From Chthonomonadales bacterium (GTDB lineage Bacteria; Armatimonadota; Chthonomonadetes; Chthonomonadales; CAJBBX01), in contig JBMFSQ010000007.1 of assembly GCA_049967475.1 (NCBI GenBank), forward strand, positions 79,237 to 143,236: a stretch of 64,000 nt of DNA. Direction: 5' to 3'. Positions 56,216-64,000 of the stretch are shown piece by piece (the first letter of the stretch is position 1; each line of letters opens with the position of its first letter). The notes beneath the pieces were generated by a model, which was not told where the DNA came from, ran no database searches, and saw nothing but the letters and a program-made list of their open reading frames with translations. A program made the position numbers and the translations under genes.

Positions 56216-57613
56216 ATGGAAGGATCACCGCATCTCAGCCGGCGTGAATTCATGCTTGCCTGTACGAGCTTCGCAGCAGGGGTCGGGAAGGATATGGGAT
56301 TTGCGTGGTCTGGGAGGTTGCCTGTGACGGAAGATCCCCGCCCTTCGCCCCAACAGCTTCGTTGGCAGGAAGCCGAGCTGAGCATGTTTCTGCACTTCGG
56401 AATGAACACCTTCACCAACCGAGAGTGGGGGCTCGGAACAGAGGACCCGCGCCTCTTCAATCCCCGGAGGCTGGATGCCGCCCAATGGGTTGGCGTGGCC
56501 AAGGAGGCGGGCTTCAAGTACTTGATCCTCACGGCGAAGCATCACGACGGTTTCTGCCTGTGGCCCAGCCGGTACACGGACCATTGCGTGCGCAGCAGCC
56601 CATGGCGCGACGGCAAAGGGGATGTGGTACGCGAATTCGCTGATGCATGCAGGCGGGCGCGGATGAAGATGGGGTTGTACGTGTCCCCATGGGATCGCCA
56701 TGAACCCACTTACGGCACCCCCGCATACAACGAACATTTCATCCGCCAGCTCGAGGAACTTCTCACCCGGTACGGGGAAGTGGCTGAAGTGTGGTTCGAC
56801 GGAGCCAATGGCGAAGGACCCAACGGCCGCAAGCAGGATTATGATTGGCAGGGCTTCTACCGCACCATCCGCAAGTACCAGCCCAAGGCGCTCATCGCCA
56901 TCATGGGGCCCGACATTCGATGGGTGGGCAATGAAGACGGCCTGGCCCATGACACGGAGTGGAGCGTACAGCCTGCCGATCCCGTAATCCACGGGTTTGC
57001 GGGAGGCAAGGTTTGGTGGCCGGCGGAATGCGATGTGTCCATCCGCCCAGGCTGGTTTTGGCACCCCAATGAGGATGGGCAGGTCAAGTCCCTGGCCCAT
57101 CTTTGGGATATTTACACCAAGTCCGTGGGGCGCAACAGCGTTTTACTGCTGAATGTGCCGCCCAACGATCAGGGCCTTCTCTCGGACCCCGACGTACAGC
57201 GCCTTCAGGAATTCGGCCGCCTTATCCGGAGGTCCTTTGCTCAGGATCTGGCTTCGCGTGGGCGGGTGTCCCTAGCGGACCAGGCATCCGTGCCCTCCCG
57301 CAAACTGCCGGCGACACCATGGATCTTGCGAAATTTCCCGGCGACGGTGGAATTGGATTTCACTTCACCGGTGTCCTTCAACATGGTGATGACGCAGGAA
57401 GAGATCCGCTTTGGGCAGCATGTGGAGGAATATCGGGTGGATGCACGTGTGGAGGGAGCCTGGCGCACGGTTGCGGGAGGAACCACCATCGGGCACAAGA
57501 AGCTGGATCCTGTGGACCGGATCACGGCAGATGGCGTGCGCCTGACGGTTCTTCGGAGCCGGGGGGAAGCGGTGATGCGGCATGTGGGTTTGTTCGACAT
57601 TGGGTCCGTCTAG
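56216..57613 (+). CDS. GH29 alpha-L-fucosidase with Tat signal and C-terminal F5/8-like domain
   Basis: SRREF Tat motif; FLHFGMNTF, KHHDGFCLWPS, SPWDRH, EVWFDG, ECDVSIRPGWF, SVGRN. Confidence 0.95.
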   Translation: MEGSPHLSRREFMLACTSFAAGVGKDMGFAWSGRLPVTEDPRPSPQQLRWQEAELSMFLHFGMNTFTNREWGLGTEDPRLFNPRRLDAAQWVGVAKEAGFKYLILTAKHHDGFCLWPSRYTDHCVRSSPWRDGKGDVVREFADACRRARMKMGLYVSPWDRHEPTYGTPAYNEHFIRQLEELLTRYGEVAEVWFDGANGEGPNGRKQDYDWQGFYRTIRKYQPKALIAIMGPDIRWVGNEDGLAHDTEWSVQPADPVIHGFAGGKVWWPAECDVSIRPGWFWHPNEDGQVKSLAHLWDIYTKSVGRNSVLLLNVPPNDQGLLSDPDVQRLQEFGRLIRRSFAQDLASRGRVSLADQASVPSRKLPATPWILRNFPATVELDFTSPVSFNMVMTQEEIRFGQHVEEYRVDARVEGAWRTVAGGTTIGHKKLDPVDRITADGVRLTVLRSRGEAVMRHVGLFDIGSV

Positions 57614-57621
57614 AGGAAGCG

Positions 57622-58569
57622 ATGATGCAGGAGGACGGCCGCCGGATGGATGGAGGGGAGGTCGTTCGGCCGACTGTGCTGGTGGAAGCCGACCGCCTGT
57701 GCGAGCGGCTGGGACTGGCCGTGACCCTTGCGGTTGAGGTATTTCAACCTACGGGAAGCTTCAAGATCCGCGCAGCCTATCACCTAGCGCAGAACGTGCC
57801 CCATCGCCGCATCATCACGGCTTCTTCGGGAAACTTTGGGCAGGCACTCGCCTATGCCTGCAGATTGCTGGGCAAGGAGTGCACGGTGGTGATGCCTGCC
57901 GAGAGCTCGGCCGTTAAGATAGCGGCGGTGCGCTCCTATGGCGGCACGGTGGAGTTGATAGACGTAGCGCAAGTGTCCCGCACGCAGCGCGTAGCGGAAC
58001 TGGCTGCGCAAGATCCCAATGCCTATGCGGCTTCTGCCTATGATGACCCCTTGGTGATCCAAGGAAACTCCAGCCTTGGGAGGGAATTGGCTGCCTGTAA
58101 GGATCGGTTCGACGCCGTGATCGTACCGGTTGGCGGCGGCGGTTTGGCGGCAGGAGTGATCAGAGGACTTCGGGAGGGAGGCAGCCATGCCGAAGTAGTG
58201 GGAGCGGAGCCCCTTGCGGGTAACGACGCTGCCCGCTCCCTTAGGGCCGGTACGATCGTGGCCAACGATGCGGAGCCTGTTACTTTGGCGGACGGAGCGA
58301 GAACGCTGAGTGTAGGGCGCCATCCCTGGGAGGTGCTGCGAAGAGGATTGGCAGGCATCGTTGAGGTGCCTGAAGCGGAGATTGCACGGGCTGTGGCGAT
58401 GCTCTTCCATGATGGGAACCTCAAGGCAGAACCCACCGGCGCCCTGGCTGTGGGTGCGCTCCTGGCGGATGCTGGGCACTTTGCAGGCAAGCGCGTGTGC
58501 TGCGTCATCAGCGGAGGGAACGTGGATGCGCAGACCTATTGCCGCATTCTGGCGGACACGCAGATTTAG
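57622..58569 (+). CDS. PLP-dependent Ser/Thr dehydratase/racemase family protein
   Basis: FQPTGSFKIR, SSGNFGQ, PVGGGGL, TLADG, EPTGA, ISGGN; no regulatory ACT domain. Confidence 0.9.
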   Translation: MMQEDGRRMDGGEVVRPTVLVEADRLCERLGLAVTLAVEVFQPTGSFKIRAAYHLAQNVPHRRIITASSGNFGQALAYACRLLGKECTVVMPAESSAVKIAAVRSYGGTVELIDVAQVSRTQRVAELAAQDPNAYAASAYDDPLVIQGNSSLGRELAACKDRFDAVIVPVGGGGLAAGVIRGLREGGSHAEVVGAEPLAGNDAARSLRAGTIVANDAEPVTLADGARTLSVGRHPWEVLRRGLAGIVEVPEAEIARAVAMLFHDGNLKAEPTGALAVGALLADAGHFAGKRVCCVISGGNVDAQTYCRILADTQI

Positions 58570-58583
58570 GAGGAGGGATCGCC

Positions 58584-59759
58584 GTGGGCATCGGATTGGG
58601 GTTGGTGGGTCTGGGCGAGTTCGGCAGCGCCTTCGCAGGGCTCTTCCTGACGCATCCGTTCGTTGATCGCCTGGCTCTGTGTGATCTCGAAGGCGATCGG
58701 CTTGCACGCTTCGCCCAGGATGAGCGCTTTGCAGCAAAGCTTGGGGCCAACGGCCTCTACACGAGTTTCCATGATCTGTTGAACAGCGACGTGGACGCCG
58801 TTGCCCTGTTTACCCAGCCGTGGCTTCACGCCGAGCAGGCTGTGGAGGCCATGGAGCGCGGCAAGCATGTGTACAGTGCGGTGCCCGTGGTGATGCTGCC
58901 CAATGGAATGGAGATGCTCGATTGGTGCCACCGCATCATCGAGACGTGCCTCAGCACAGGGATGCGCTATATGCTGGGCGAGACGACGGTGTATCACGCC
59001 GACGCCATGTTCTGCCGCCGGAAGGCGGGTGAGGGAGCCTTTGGCCACTTCATCCACGCGGAGGGCGACTACCTGCACAGCTTCGACAGCCCAGGCAGCG
59101 ATTTGAGGGAGGTTTATCGGCACCGCTTTACGGGGCGGGCAGGTGAAATGTGGCGCGCAAAGCTGGAGGAGTATCGGGCGCGGGGCGACCTGGACAGCCC
59201 CATGCATTATCCAACCCATTCCACGTCTGGCCCCATCAGCGTGATGAAGGCCCACGCGGTAAAGGTGTCCGCATGGGGTACCCGGCCTTTTTCGGCGGAC
59301 CCCTGGTTCCACGACACGCTCACCGGTTTCGGCAACGTTACCGCACTCTATCGGATGAGCAATGGAGCCACCATGCGCATCTGCGAGCACCGTGAGTGCA
59401 GCATCATTCGGGAGGATTTCCGGGTGTACGGCACGAAGGCTTCTTATGAATTCGGCACGTGGTACGAGCGCGAAAAGCCCATACGCAAGACGATTGAAGA
59501 GATGCGGGATCCGCTGCCGCCGGAAGTGCACGAGGCCTTTGCTTCTTTTGCCGGTCCGGAGCGCGTGTACCGCGGGCACGGCGGATCTCACCCATACTTG
59601 GTTCACGAGTTTGTGTCGGCGGTAGTGGAGGATCGCATGCCTTTCATCAACGCATGGGAGGCAGCACGCTACATGGCGGCGGGCGTCACGGCACACCAAT
59701 CGGCCCTGCGCGACGGTGAGGCGCTTCCCGTGCCCGATTGGGGCGACGCTCCAAGGTAG
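58584..59759 (+). CDS. Gfo/Idh/MocA-family oxidoreductase
   Basis: GLVGLGEFG Rossmann motif, DAVALFT, GKHVYSAVP, EGDY.H, GHGGSH. Confidence 0.88.
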   Translation: MGIGLGLVGLGEFGSAFAGLFLTHPFVDRLALCDLEGDRLARFAQDERFAAKLGANGLYTSFHDLLNSDVDAVALFTQPWLHAEQAVEAMERGKHVYSAVPVVMLPNGMEMLDWCHRIIETCLSTGMRYMLGETTVYHADAMFCRRKAGEGAFGHFIHAEGDYLHSFDSPGSDLREVYRHRFTGRAGEMWRAKLEEYRARGDLDSPMHYPTHSTSGPISVMKAHAVKVSAWGTRPFSADPWFHDTLTGFGNVTALYRMSNGATMRICEHRECSIIREDFRVYGTKASYEFGTWYEREKPIRKTIEEMRDPLPPEVHEAFASFAGPERVYRGHGGSHPYLVHEFVSAVVEDRMPFINAWEAARYMAAGVTAHQSALRDGEALPVPDWGDAPR

Positions 59760-59772
59760 GAAGTAAGCGGCC

Positions 59773-60405
59773 ATGGCCGAAGATCAACCGGATGCGCAAT
59801 CCACGATAACCTCGCTCTCCTCGGAGGAGAAGAGCTTCCTCCTGCAGCTTGCCCGGCGCACTCTGGAACAATACCTGCGCTACGGCAGATTGCCCCACGT
59901 GCGTCCCGAGGAGCTGAGCCCGGGATTGTTGGTGCCGGCGCGCTGCTTCGTGACGCTTCGGGAAAATGGGGAATTGAGGGGATGCGTGGGCAGCATGGTG
60001 GCATCGGAGCCGCTATACGTTGCCGTAATGCAGAGTGCCATCGCTGCTGCTATTCGTGACACGCGCTTTTACCCAGTGGACGCAAGTGAGCTGCCCGACA
60101 TCGTCATCGAGATTTCCGTGCTCTCGCCCCCGCGGAGGCTTCACTTTAACGGGATTGACGAACTCAAGTCCCTCCTAGTGCCCGGTGTCCATGGCGTGGT
60201 GCTGCGCAATGGTCCGCTATCCGCTGTATACTTGCCCGAGGTGTGGGAGGTTTTCGCCGACAAGGCGGACCCGAAGGAGGCTTTTCTGACGAGCCTTAGC
60301 CACAAAGCGGGCGACCCCACCGGCAGGCTCTGGACGCGCCGGGACACGACTGTGGAAGTCTTCGAAGCCGTAAGTTTTTCTGAAGCGGCGCCCGGCATTG
60401 CCTAA
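59773..60405 (+). CDS. amrA: AMMECR1-family (AmmeMemoRadiSam system protein A)
   Basis: CFVTL...LRGCVG, DTRF.PV...EL, EISVLS, GVHGVV, YLPEVW, L..KAG. Confidence 0.9.
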   Translation: MAEDQPDAQSTITSLSSEEKSFLLQLARRTLEQYLRYGRLPHVRPEELSPGLLVPARCFVTLRENGELRGCVGSMVASEPLYVAVMQSAIAAAIRDTRFYPVDASELPDIVIEISVLSPPRRLHFNGIDELKSLLVPGVHGVVLRNGPLSAVYLPEVWEVFADKADPKEAFLTSLSHKAGDPTGRLWTRRDTTVEVFEAVSFSEAAPGIA

Positions 60406-60436
60406 GGGATCGGGTTGAGGATGCCTTCGGGCGCCG

Positions 60437-61633
60437 ATGGCCGGAAGGGAGGCAGCGGGGATGGCATGGGGCAGGTGTGCGGGTAGATTGGTTCGGTCCG
60501 GTTTTGGGTTGTGGGTGCTTACGGTCTGTTTGGTTCCGGCGGCACCGCTAGGGGGAGCCGGTGAGGGCGCAGCAAGAGTTCCGGTCCCCTTGTTCGTGTC
60601 CTGGGGCGGCATTGGTGCGGGGGCGCGCATACCGACGGCGGCGCGTATCGGCATCAATCTCCATCGGCTCCCGGTAGGGTGGCCCAGCGCCGACGGCGGG
60701 TATGACTTTCGCGCCACAGATGCCAACATCCGCGCTCTTCACCGCGCAGGCATCAAGGTGATCCTCCACTTCTTCAACCACGGCGTTCCCCAGTGGTTTT
60801 GGAAAGCTCATCCGGACGCACGGCCCCAGGATGCCCAAGGCAGATTTACGGAGGATTATCCCTCGCCGTGGAACCCCGCTGTCCGGGCGGCCATCCAACA
60901 CAATATGGCGGCTATCTTGAAGCACTTGAAGGAAGCACATCTGCTTGGCATGGTGGATGGTGTGGAGATTGGCGTAGGAATGGAGGGGCAGCTCTCGTAC
61001 CTTTGGGACACGTACCGGGCCTCGGACCGTTGGGCTGTTCGAGCCTACCGGCGCTACCTCACCGGCATCTACGGCGAAGATATCGCTCAATTGAACCGGG
61101 ATTGGGGAACCCACTACCCGTCCTTCGATGCCATTACCCCTCCGGAGCATTGGCAGGACACCCTGGAGTGCCACACCTTTGAAGAATTCTACAAACAGGG
61201 GCTACTCGATGCCGCACTCGCCTACGCCGGGGTGGTGCGCCGGTATTTTCGTCCGCGCATCTGGTACTGGATGGCCCATTTCATCAAATACCCCGAGCGG
61301 CATTACGCAGCGCGCTACCCCCTGGAGTACATTCGCCGCCTGAGGGAGCTCGGCATGGCAGACGTGGTTCAGACTTCGTCCGTCCCCGGATGGGAGACCC
61401 GGGCCGAGGTCCGGGGGTTGCAACAGTTGGGGGTGCGGGTGGTTGGGGAGATCGCCATCACGCCATCTCCCGAGGAGCAGCGCGAAGATGCGGTTACGGC
61501 GAAGGGATTGGGGTGCGACGGGTTCTTTGTGGGGACGCTCGAGAACCTGTTTGATGCCCAAGGGAGGCCTTTGCCGGCCGGGGATGAGACGGCGAGGCTG
61601 ATTGCGGCGTGGAGAGCCGGCCGCCCGTTGTAG
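60437..61633 (+). CDS. exported glycoside hydrolase-like protein (GH42/GH14-like barrel)
   Basis: Signal-like N-terminus; HGVPQWFWKAHPDA, PSPWNP, YRRYL..IYG.DIAQLNRDWGT.Y.SF. Confidence 0.75.
   Translation: MAGREAAGMAWGRCAGRLVRSGFGLWVLTVCLVPAAPLGGAGEGAARVPVPLFVSWGGIGAGARIPTAARIGINLHRLPVGWPSADGGYDFRATDANIRALHRAGIKVILHFFNHGVPQWFWKAHPDARPQDAQGRFTEDYPSPWNPAVRAAIQHNMAAILKHLKEAHLLGMVDGVEIGVGMEGQLSYLWDTYRASDRWAVRAYRRYLTGIYGEDIAQLNRDWGTHYPSFDAITPPEHWQDTLECHTFEEFYKQGLLDAALAYAGVVRRYFRPRIWYWMAHFIKYPERHYAARYPLEYIRRLRELGMADVVQTSSVPGWETRAEVRGLQQLGVRVVGEIAITPSPEEQREDAVTAKGLGCDGFFVGTLENLFDAQGRPLPAGDETARLIAAWRAGRPL
61457..61594 (+). repeat. 138-bp direct repeat, copy 1 (within the 3' end of the GH gene)
   Basis: ATCACGCCATCTCCCGAGG...GATGAGACGGCG identical to 62610-62747 by base-by-base reading. 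Confidence 0.95.
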
Positions 61634-61906
61634 CGCAGGATGGGTTTTGGGTTGTGCTGGCATGGGTGGGGGGACGGCTGGAGGTCGCCTTCTTGGCCGC
61701 CATGGGCAGCGAGAACGTATCGGATGCGGAGGCGTGGGGCTTACGGGTTCGGCAGGTATACCCATGCGGCCTGGTTTGAGGAACGAAGGAGGGCATGGGT
61801 TGGAACCATCCGCCACAGCTTCGGTGCAAGGCTCAATACTTATAAGGATGTAAAGTTCCCTTACATTGATCTGGTTATTGGCTGCGGCTACAAAGGAGAT
61901 GAAGCG

Positions 61907-62155
61907 ATGACAGAAAAGCAACTTCTTGAGCGTATTACCCTCGATCCCAAAGTTATGGTCGGCAAGCCAGTCATTAGGGGAACGCGCCTGACTGTAGAAT
62001 ACATCCTTAATCTGCTGGCTCATGGTGTGACAGTCACAGAGATCCTGGAAGAATACCAGGGGCTGACACCTGAAGACATTCAGGCGTGTTTGATGTTTGC
62101 CACGAAGTCGCTGGCAGACATGACATTCATGCCGTTAGTCAAAGAGCCCGCGTAG
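61907..62155 (+). CDS. DUF433-family antitoxin
   Basis: RITLDPKVMVGKPVIRGTRLTVEYIL..LAHG.T..EILEEY..LT.EDIQAC; AGGAG RBS. Confidence 0.92.
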   Translation: MTEKQLLERITLDPKVMVGKPVIRGTRLTVEYILNLLAHGVTVTEILEEYQGLTPEDIQACLMFATKSLADMTFMPLVKEPA

Positions 62156-62506
62156 ATGCGCTTCCTCGTGGATGAATGCACTGGCCCTGCAGTAGCAAAT
62201 TGGTTGCGCGGTCAAGGCCACGAAGTTTTTTCGGTGTACGAAGAAGCACGCGGCATGAGTGACGAGTACGTCGTGGCGAAAGCGTTCGCCGAGGATTGGA
62301 TCCTGATCACGAATGACAAAGATTTTGGCGAGAAAGTTTACCGAGAGCGACGTCCGCATAAGGGTGTTGTGCTTCTACGTCTTGAGGATGAGCGGGCGGC
62401 GAATAAGATGGCTGCTCTGCAACGGTTGCTCGCGCGCTATGCAGGGCAGTTGGCAAACCAATTCGTAGTGGTGACTGAAAGGCAGGTTCGTTTTGCGCAC
62501 CCATGA
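62156..62506 (+). CDS. DUF5615 PIN-domain toxin (VapC45-like)
   Basis: MRFLVDEC, GHEV, D..V...A, ILITNDKDFG, GVVLLR; abuts the DUF433 gene. Confidence 0.92.
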   Translation: MRFLVDECTGPAVANWLRGQGHEVFSVYEEARGMSDEYVVAKAFAEDWILITNDKDFGEKVYRERRPHKGVVLLRLEDERAANKMAALQRLLARYAGQLANQFVVVTERQVRFAHP

Positions 62507-62609
62507 AAGCGCGCGCGTTCCGTTGGTCTGTTTCACGCAACACCGGTTCTTCACGAGCTATCAAGTTTCAGCGGCAAAGTCTTTCACACGAGATGCCAGT
62601 CTCAGGATT

Positions 62610-62747
62610 ATCACGCCATCTCCCGAGGAGCAGCGCGAAGATGCGGTTACGGCGAAGGGATTGGGGTGCGACGGGTTCTTTGTGGGGACGCTCGAGAACC
62701 TGTTTGATGCCCAAGGGAGGCCTTTGCCGGCCGGGGATGAGACGGCG
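62610..62747 (+). repeat. 138-bp direct repeat, copy 2 (intergenic)
   Basis: Identical to 61457-61594, 1153 bp downstream. Confidence 0.95.
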
Positions 62748-62790
62748 CGGAGCAGCTGCAGGCGTTCGCCGGCTTGAAGAGGAGAAGGAC

Positions 62791-63697
62791 ATGACGACAA
62801 CACCTCGCCAGCTAAAATCCTTGTATGAACAAGGGAGAAATATCAGCGCACTGTTGCGTGAGGAGATGGGACTTCAGCAGAACACGGATAAGATCATTGA
62901 GATCGCCTATGATTTGCAGGCAGGAAGTTACATTGCCTCGATGGAAAATGCGGAAATGGCAGAGCACCAGAGGCATTACACGTGAGAGATAGCCAAAACG
63001 GTTCTCTCTTTGTGCAAACCGGCGTCAATATTGGAATCCGGCGTTGGGGAAGCTACCACTCTTTCTGGCGTGTTGCGCGGCCTGCAATCTGAGGTCAGCA
63101 GTTTCGGCTTTGATCTCAGCTGGTCACGAGTTGCCTATGCAAAGCGTTGGCTTCACAGTCAAGGTGTGTTTGATACGACGCTCTGCACCGGGAACCTCCT
63201 TCACATTCCCTTCGCTGATAATTCCATTGATGTCGTCCATACGTCGCATTCGATAGAGCCTAACGGTGGAAATGAAGAACCCATTCTGCAGGAGCTATTC
63301 CGAGTCACCAGAAGATTCCTCATCCTGCTCGAGCCCGGCTATGAACTTGCCGACGATGAAGCAAAGCGAAGAATGGATTCTCATGGATATTGTAAGAACC
63401 TGAAAGGTATTGCTCAATCGCTGGGTTACGATGTTCTGGAGCATCGCCTTTTTTGCTTTTACTTCAAACCCGCTCAATCCGACTGCAATAACAATAATCA
63501 GGAAGAACGAAGACGCCGTGCCCCCGTCGTACATTCTTGCGTGCCCCAGGTTCAAAACACCGCTGGAGGAGATTGGGAACATGCTCTTCAGTCCGGAAGC
63601 ATTGGTGGTCTATCCGATAGTCGGCGGTATTCCTTGTTTGAGGATTGAAAACGGTATTCTCGCAAGTGCGTACAAAGAAGTCATGGCGGCGGGATAA
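62791..63697 (+). pseudogene. class I SAM methyltransferase with C-terminal Trm112-like domain, disrupted
   Basis: YDLQAGSY, ILESGVGEATTL, GFDLS, IPFADNSIDVV, ACP...L...YPIVGGIPCL; in-frame TGA at 62983 and frameshift at the T6 run 63449-63454. Confidence 0.8.
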
Positions 63698-63831
63698 CAC
63701 CCGTGTGTGCCCGACGTTGCTCCGGTGCGCATGTGTCGCCCGCTGGTGGGTACGGGTCCGGCAGCTTGTTTTTGGCCTCCGAAGCACGTGGACGCGTGGG
63801 TTCGTCGCAAATCGTTTGAGGGAGCGTAGCG

Positions 63832-64000
63832 ATGTCTGTAAAGGAGTTTGAACTGTACCACGGGGCGGTACTGACCAAAATCCTTCGGTCGGAGAAGCCG
63901 GTGGCGCTTCGCCTGATCGAGACCCGTCCCAATGAGAACTGGTCAACGTATAGGCTGAACGACGCGGTAGACCTTTTTGTGAGCTATAGCAAGTCTGCGC
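63832..64000 (+). CDS. hypothetical protein, 5' part only (runs off the window)
   Basis: GGAG RBS, open to the window end: MSVKEFELYHGAVLTKILRSEKPVALRLIETRPNENWSTYRLND. Confidence 0.65.
   Translation, partial: MSVKEFELYHGAVLTKILRSEKPVALRLIETRPNENWSTYRLNDAVDLFVSYSKSA

Noticed and set aside
61640..61906. N-terminal extension on the DUF433 antitoxin (171-aa ORF)
   Set aside because: The RBS and family-typical start are at 61907; the upstream part is not protein-like and contains the likely promoter/operator
61457..62747. DGR template/variable repeat pair
   Set aside because: Length and position fit, but the copies are identical (no adenine-specific changes), AAC codons are not enriched, the target is not CLec/Ig-like, and no reverse transcriptase is in the window
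62983..62985. Selenocysteine readthrough of the MTase TGA
   Set aside because: No obvious SECIS hairpin, the position is not a redox Cys site, and a second lesion indicates decay
1..64000. CRISPR array, cas genes, prophage or IS elements
   Set aside because: No regularly spaced repeats, cas, transposase, integrase or phage structural genes were recognised

Overview
A GC-rich bacterial chromosome segment of about 60 genes. The gene content (PASTA kinase next to rpe, a prepilin/DUF1559 protein, a PEP-CTERM-like protein, paralogous DUF1080 proteins, a URO-D-family protein, many orphan glycoside hydrolases) suggests Armatimonadota or a similar lineage; this is an inference. Housekeeping blocks are aroB-kinase-rpe-ribD...ribE-ribBA-ribH-htrA, ileS-dksA/traR-lspA-lgt, galT, nagBA, rtcB and three tRNA genes (Met-CAT, Arg-TCG, Gln-CTG). 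They are interleaved with cell-envelope glycosyltransferases and a large carbohydrate-utilisation repertoire. The last ~2.4 kb is a more AT-rich accessory region with a DUF433/DUF5615 toxin-antitoxin pair bracketed by an exact 138-bp direct repeat, and a doubly disrupted methyltransferase-Trm112 fusion. The most notable observations are: (i) a Clp1/Grc3-type polynucleotide 5'-kinase next to a histidine phosphatase, a candidate split RNA end-healing module, with RtcB elsewhere in the window; (ii) a full-length aldehyde dehydrogenase-fold protein whose catalytic Cys, oxyanion Asn and NAD-binding residues are replaced; (iii) a non-RD PASTA kinase lacking activation-loop threonines; (iv) a GH42-like protein with long disordered tails and an RNase E-like Arg/Gly motif; (v) the repeat-flanked TA unit; (vi) a structured, non-T-box ileS leader. 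All calls come from reading motifs by eye; no searches were run.
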